DNA of 64,000 nucleotides from Stylophora pistillata (Eukaryota): NCBI RefSeq assembly GCF_002571385.2, contig NW_019217786.1:989676-1053675 (forward strand), given 5' to 3'. Position numbers and translations under genes: made by a program. The notes under the pieces are model-generated. The model was not told the DNA's origin, ran no database searches, and saw nothing but the letters and a program-made list of their open reading frames with translations. This document shows positions 62,070 to 64,000 of the stretch, piece by piece. Every line of letters begins with the position of its first letter. The stretch's first letter is position 1.

Positions 62070-64000
62070 TTGAAACGTACCGGGGTGAACTTGCGCTACT
62101 TAACAACTTTGAATTATCGACGAGTCATCATTGAAAGAGAATCTTTCTGCAATATCTCGCAGATAGTTTTCACTGTTTTCACTCTTTAATGCCGAATGAA
62201 AATTGTTGCTTTAGGGTTTGGATAGCTGTCGCACGAATGTTTAGGTAAATTTTTCATTTGACGGCAAGTCACGCGATGGACGAAGCGAGTGACGTGACGA
62301 ACTTCGCTCAAACGAGATCGTTAAATCTGCAAAGTTTAGAAAAATTTCGCAGATTTACTAAATTTGACATGATTAGGGAGACAAAATGAGCAATTTTATC
62401 CGGTGATGTTAAACACTGCTGATCATTTCGTTTCCAGTCTTTCCGTGAAGCGTTACCTTTGGCTCAACGCCTGGAAAGTGAGATGAGCAGTTTGGAAAAG
62501 TGGCTGGAGGACAGGACTACTGAAGTAAAGAAGAGAGAAGAGGACGGATTCCCAGAAGACGTGGATGGCGAGATTAAATGGAACAAGGTTAGCTTTTGAG
62601 ACATCATGACCACGATGTCCAACAGAACTTGTTTGTCGCAAAAGACCAACTTCAGGCATCTTCTCCATCTTCAGCCATCTTGTCCTTCTTGGTTCAATGC
62701 TGTTTTTGTGTTTTTCTATCTTAAAGAAATAAGATTTTGTAGTAATTCGCAATCTGTTATGGTTTATTATTATCTCTTTTGTGTTTTTCTATCTTACTAA
62801 ACTAATATTTTGAGCTTGTGTACAATCCGTGTCAATCTTGTCCATTCTTAGCATTACACTGCTCCTTCCTGGTTCAGTATTGCTTTTTGGTTTTTTTTTT
62901 CTACGTTACTAAATTATATGTTTTCGTCAATTCCAATACGGTTTAGTTGAACTCATCCTAAGCCATTCTTGCTTCTTATTTGCCTACTATTGCCTTCTTT
63001 GTGTTTCTATAGCTTGCGATCAGACGTTCCTCTTTTTCGAGGGAGCAAAATCTTGTGAAGCGCAAAAGCCAGGGGTTGGGATAGTGAGGGTGCTCTTTTT
63101 TCCCTTGCCACGTCCCCCCCCCTCCCATCCCATCCCCTGCCCCCACAAACTTTTGCGCCACTACAGTATCGTGCTTCCCCTGTAAAAGGAACGCCTGGTA
63201 GCAGGTTAGTATATCTTCAACTTGTCAACCCGATATTGTGCGATCTCAATCAATCTGGAGTTAGTTTTCTTCACCGCAGCAGGAGTGATTGCTGGGCTCT
63301 TTATGTGCATTCAAGGGACTCCTGTGGAGTTCTAGCAATATAGTTTGAAACTCAAAAGAATATCATTCTTACGTTTGTGATTATTAGCCAATATAGATAT
63401 TTCCGGCCTCGGTGTCTTCTTAACGATCGCTATATTCAAGAGTGTAATATTAACTCAATTATTAGCATCTGCGCCGCTCAAATCTAATATGGCCGGCAAT
63501 GTTGTCGTAGTTTTAATCCAGGCTTGTTCATGTATTTGTCTGCCACGAAGCGACCAGATTAGCAAAAACTCTTAGAACAATGTTAACCAGGAAAAGAAAG
63601 TTTTCTAAAGACGTAAAAATGCGCGAAGGTTTCGTTTTGACGTTTGAATCTACCAGTCGTCAAGCGAAGTATTACAAGGTGGTGTTCTGATCAGTTGATA
63701 CTTATGAGTTATCATTCTAATTGTGTTCTTTTTCTTGTGACTGCGGCCTGTGTCAGTTGTTCTAAGCTAAGGTATAAATCCGTAATTCTTATGTCAATAC
63801 CTTGGCTTCTTCCAATTTTTTCTGACGGCAAAGTACTTTGTTCGAATCGTTCATCCGCATTTTTGAACAATTTTGTAATGTGGTTGTATTTTCTCCGCTT
63901 AGGGTCTCGTGCAAGACGTTACTGGCAAAATGTCAGACGTGCAAAACCTCACACAAGTTGGTCGTGAATTGGTCGACTTGTCTGAAACTGGCCAACTTGA
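40090..64000 (+). CDS. DMD: Dystrophin/utrophin family gene, 5' portion (CH1-CH2 actin-binding domain plus spectrin repeats), partial. Exons: 40090-40151, 40931-41026, 41658-41735, 41840-41932, 42821-42912, 43274-43354, 44025-44140, 44915-45222, 46101-46316, 47124-47305, 49053-49197, 49858/49867-50024, 50568-50730, 51045-51227, 51977-52138, 52616-52948, 53161-53484, 53936-54112, 54337-54486, 54651-54977, 55435-55755, 56291-56416, 56536-56718, 57160-57480, 59396-59569, 62438-62587, 63903->64000
   Basis: [103 protein letters not shown]|[10 protein letters not shown] and the dystrophin-specific [21 protein letters not shown]. Exon phases are continuous. The first coding exon was not located. Confidence 0.95.
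41165..41543. mobile_element. Two adjacent TTAA-flanked MITEs (piggyBac-like CCCTTT termini)
   Basis: TAACCCTTTAACTC...GGTAAAGGGTTAA (41165-41383), directly followed by TTAACTCCCAC...GTGAGTTAAATGGTTTA. Confidence 0.7.
43380..43890. repeat. Degenerate C-rich tandem repeat in a dystrophin intron
   Basis: Recurring CCACCCATCAG, CCCACATCCATGA and TACCACCCAC motifs. Confidence 0.6.
44280..44527. mobile_element. Short MITE with CAGGCG termini (hAT-like)
   Basis: CAGGCGCGTAGCGT mirrors ACGCCACACGCCTG; internal direct repeat GTGYGTACTTGAA. Confidence 0.6.
45878..46027. mobile_element. Short MITE
   Basis: TATATTGGTGGTTT mirrors AAACCACCTATA; internal GCCGCCATGTTGG. Confidence 0.6.
46665..46850 (-). 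mobile_element. tRNA-derived SINE-like relic
   Basis: The minus strand has an A-box-like TAGCTCAGTTGG and a B-box-like GTTTCGAATCCC, but no complete cloverleaf. Weaker relics at about 45340-45430 (-) and 15390-15470 (+). Confidence 0.6.
48788..48850 (+). repeat. Penelope pseudo-LTR fragment next to an N
   Basis: GCTTTTGTAATCGTTACGGTGGCCAATTT...GATATATCCAA matches 3464-3520. Confidence 0.8.
51306..51514. mobile_element. TTAA-flanked MITE, same family as 41165
   Basis: TTGACCCTTTCACTCCC mirrors GGGAGTCAAAGGGTTAA. Confidence 0.75.
55141..55338. mobile_element. Inverted Penelope pseudo-LTR pair with a hammerhead-like motif (55212-55245, +)
   Basis: TAATGTAAACTGGC...CTGACGTTCCGAGCGTTAGCTCTTCGTC faces GCTCCGACGAAGGGCTAACGCTCGAAACGTCAGC...GCCAATTTACATTA. 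The tail ACCGACGCAGC resembles 3538-3548. Confidence 0.8.
61992..62069. repeat. (ATT)n microsatellite, about 26 units
   Basis: Pure trinucleotide run read directly. Confidence 0.95.

Overview
AT-rich animal genomic DNA with GT-AG introns and several N gaps. The repeat types and gene content suggest a cnidarian, probably a scleractinian coral (inference). Four spliced genes can be rebuilt by hand: a GPR157-like GPCR (+, 3 exons, 4548-6900); iodotyrosine deiodinase IYD (-, 3 exons, 9660-11915); a testin/LIMPETin-like CR+PET+6xLIM gene (+, 7 exons, 16778/16820-30370); and the 5' part of dystrophin (+, 27 exons seen from 40090, running off the window). There is also an intronless, disrupted multi-pass membrane-protein pseudogene (-, 31750-33276). 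Introns and spacers hold CR1/L2 LINE fragments (two apparently identical L2 3' ends), Penelope-like remnants with minimal hammerhead ribozyme motifs, nested MITE/foldback elements, tRNA-derived SINE relics and microsatellites. The most unusual signal is a long imperfect palindrome (1168-1313, with relatives elsewhere) carrying three tandem GA/AG mismatches and a GCA triloop, so it should fold well as ssDNA on one strand only. All calls were made by eye with no database searches.
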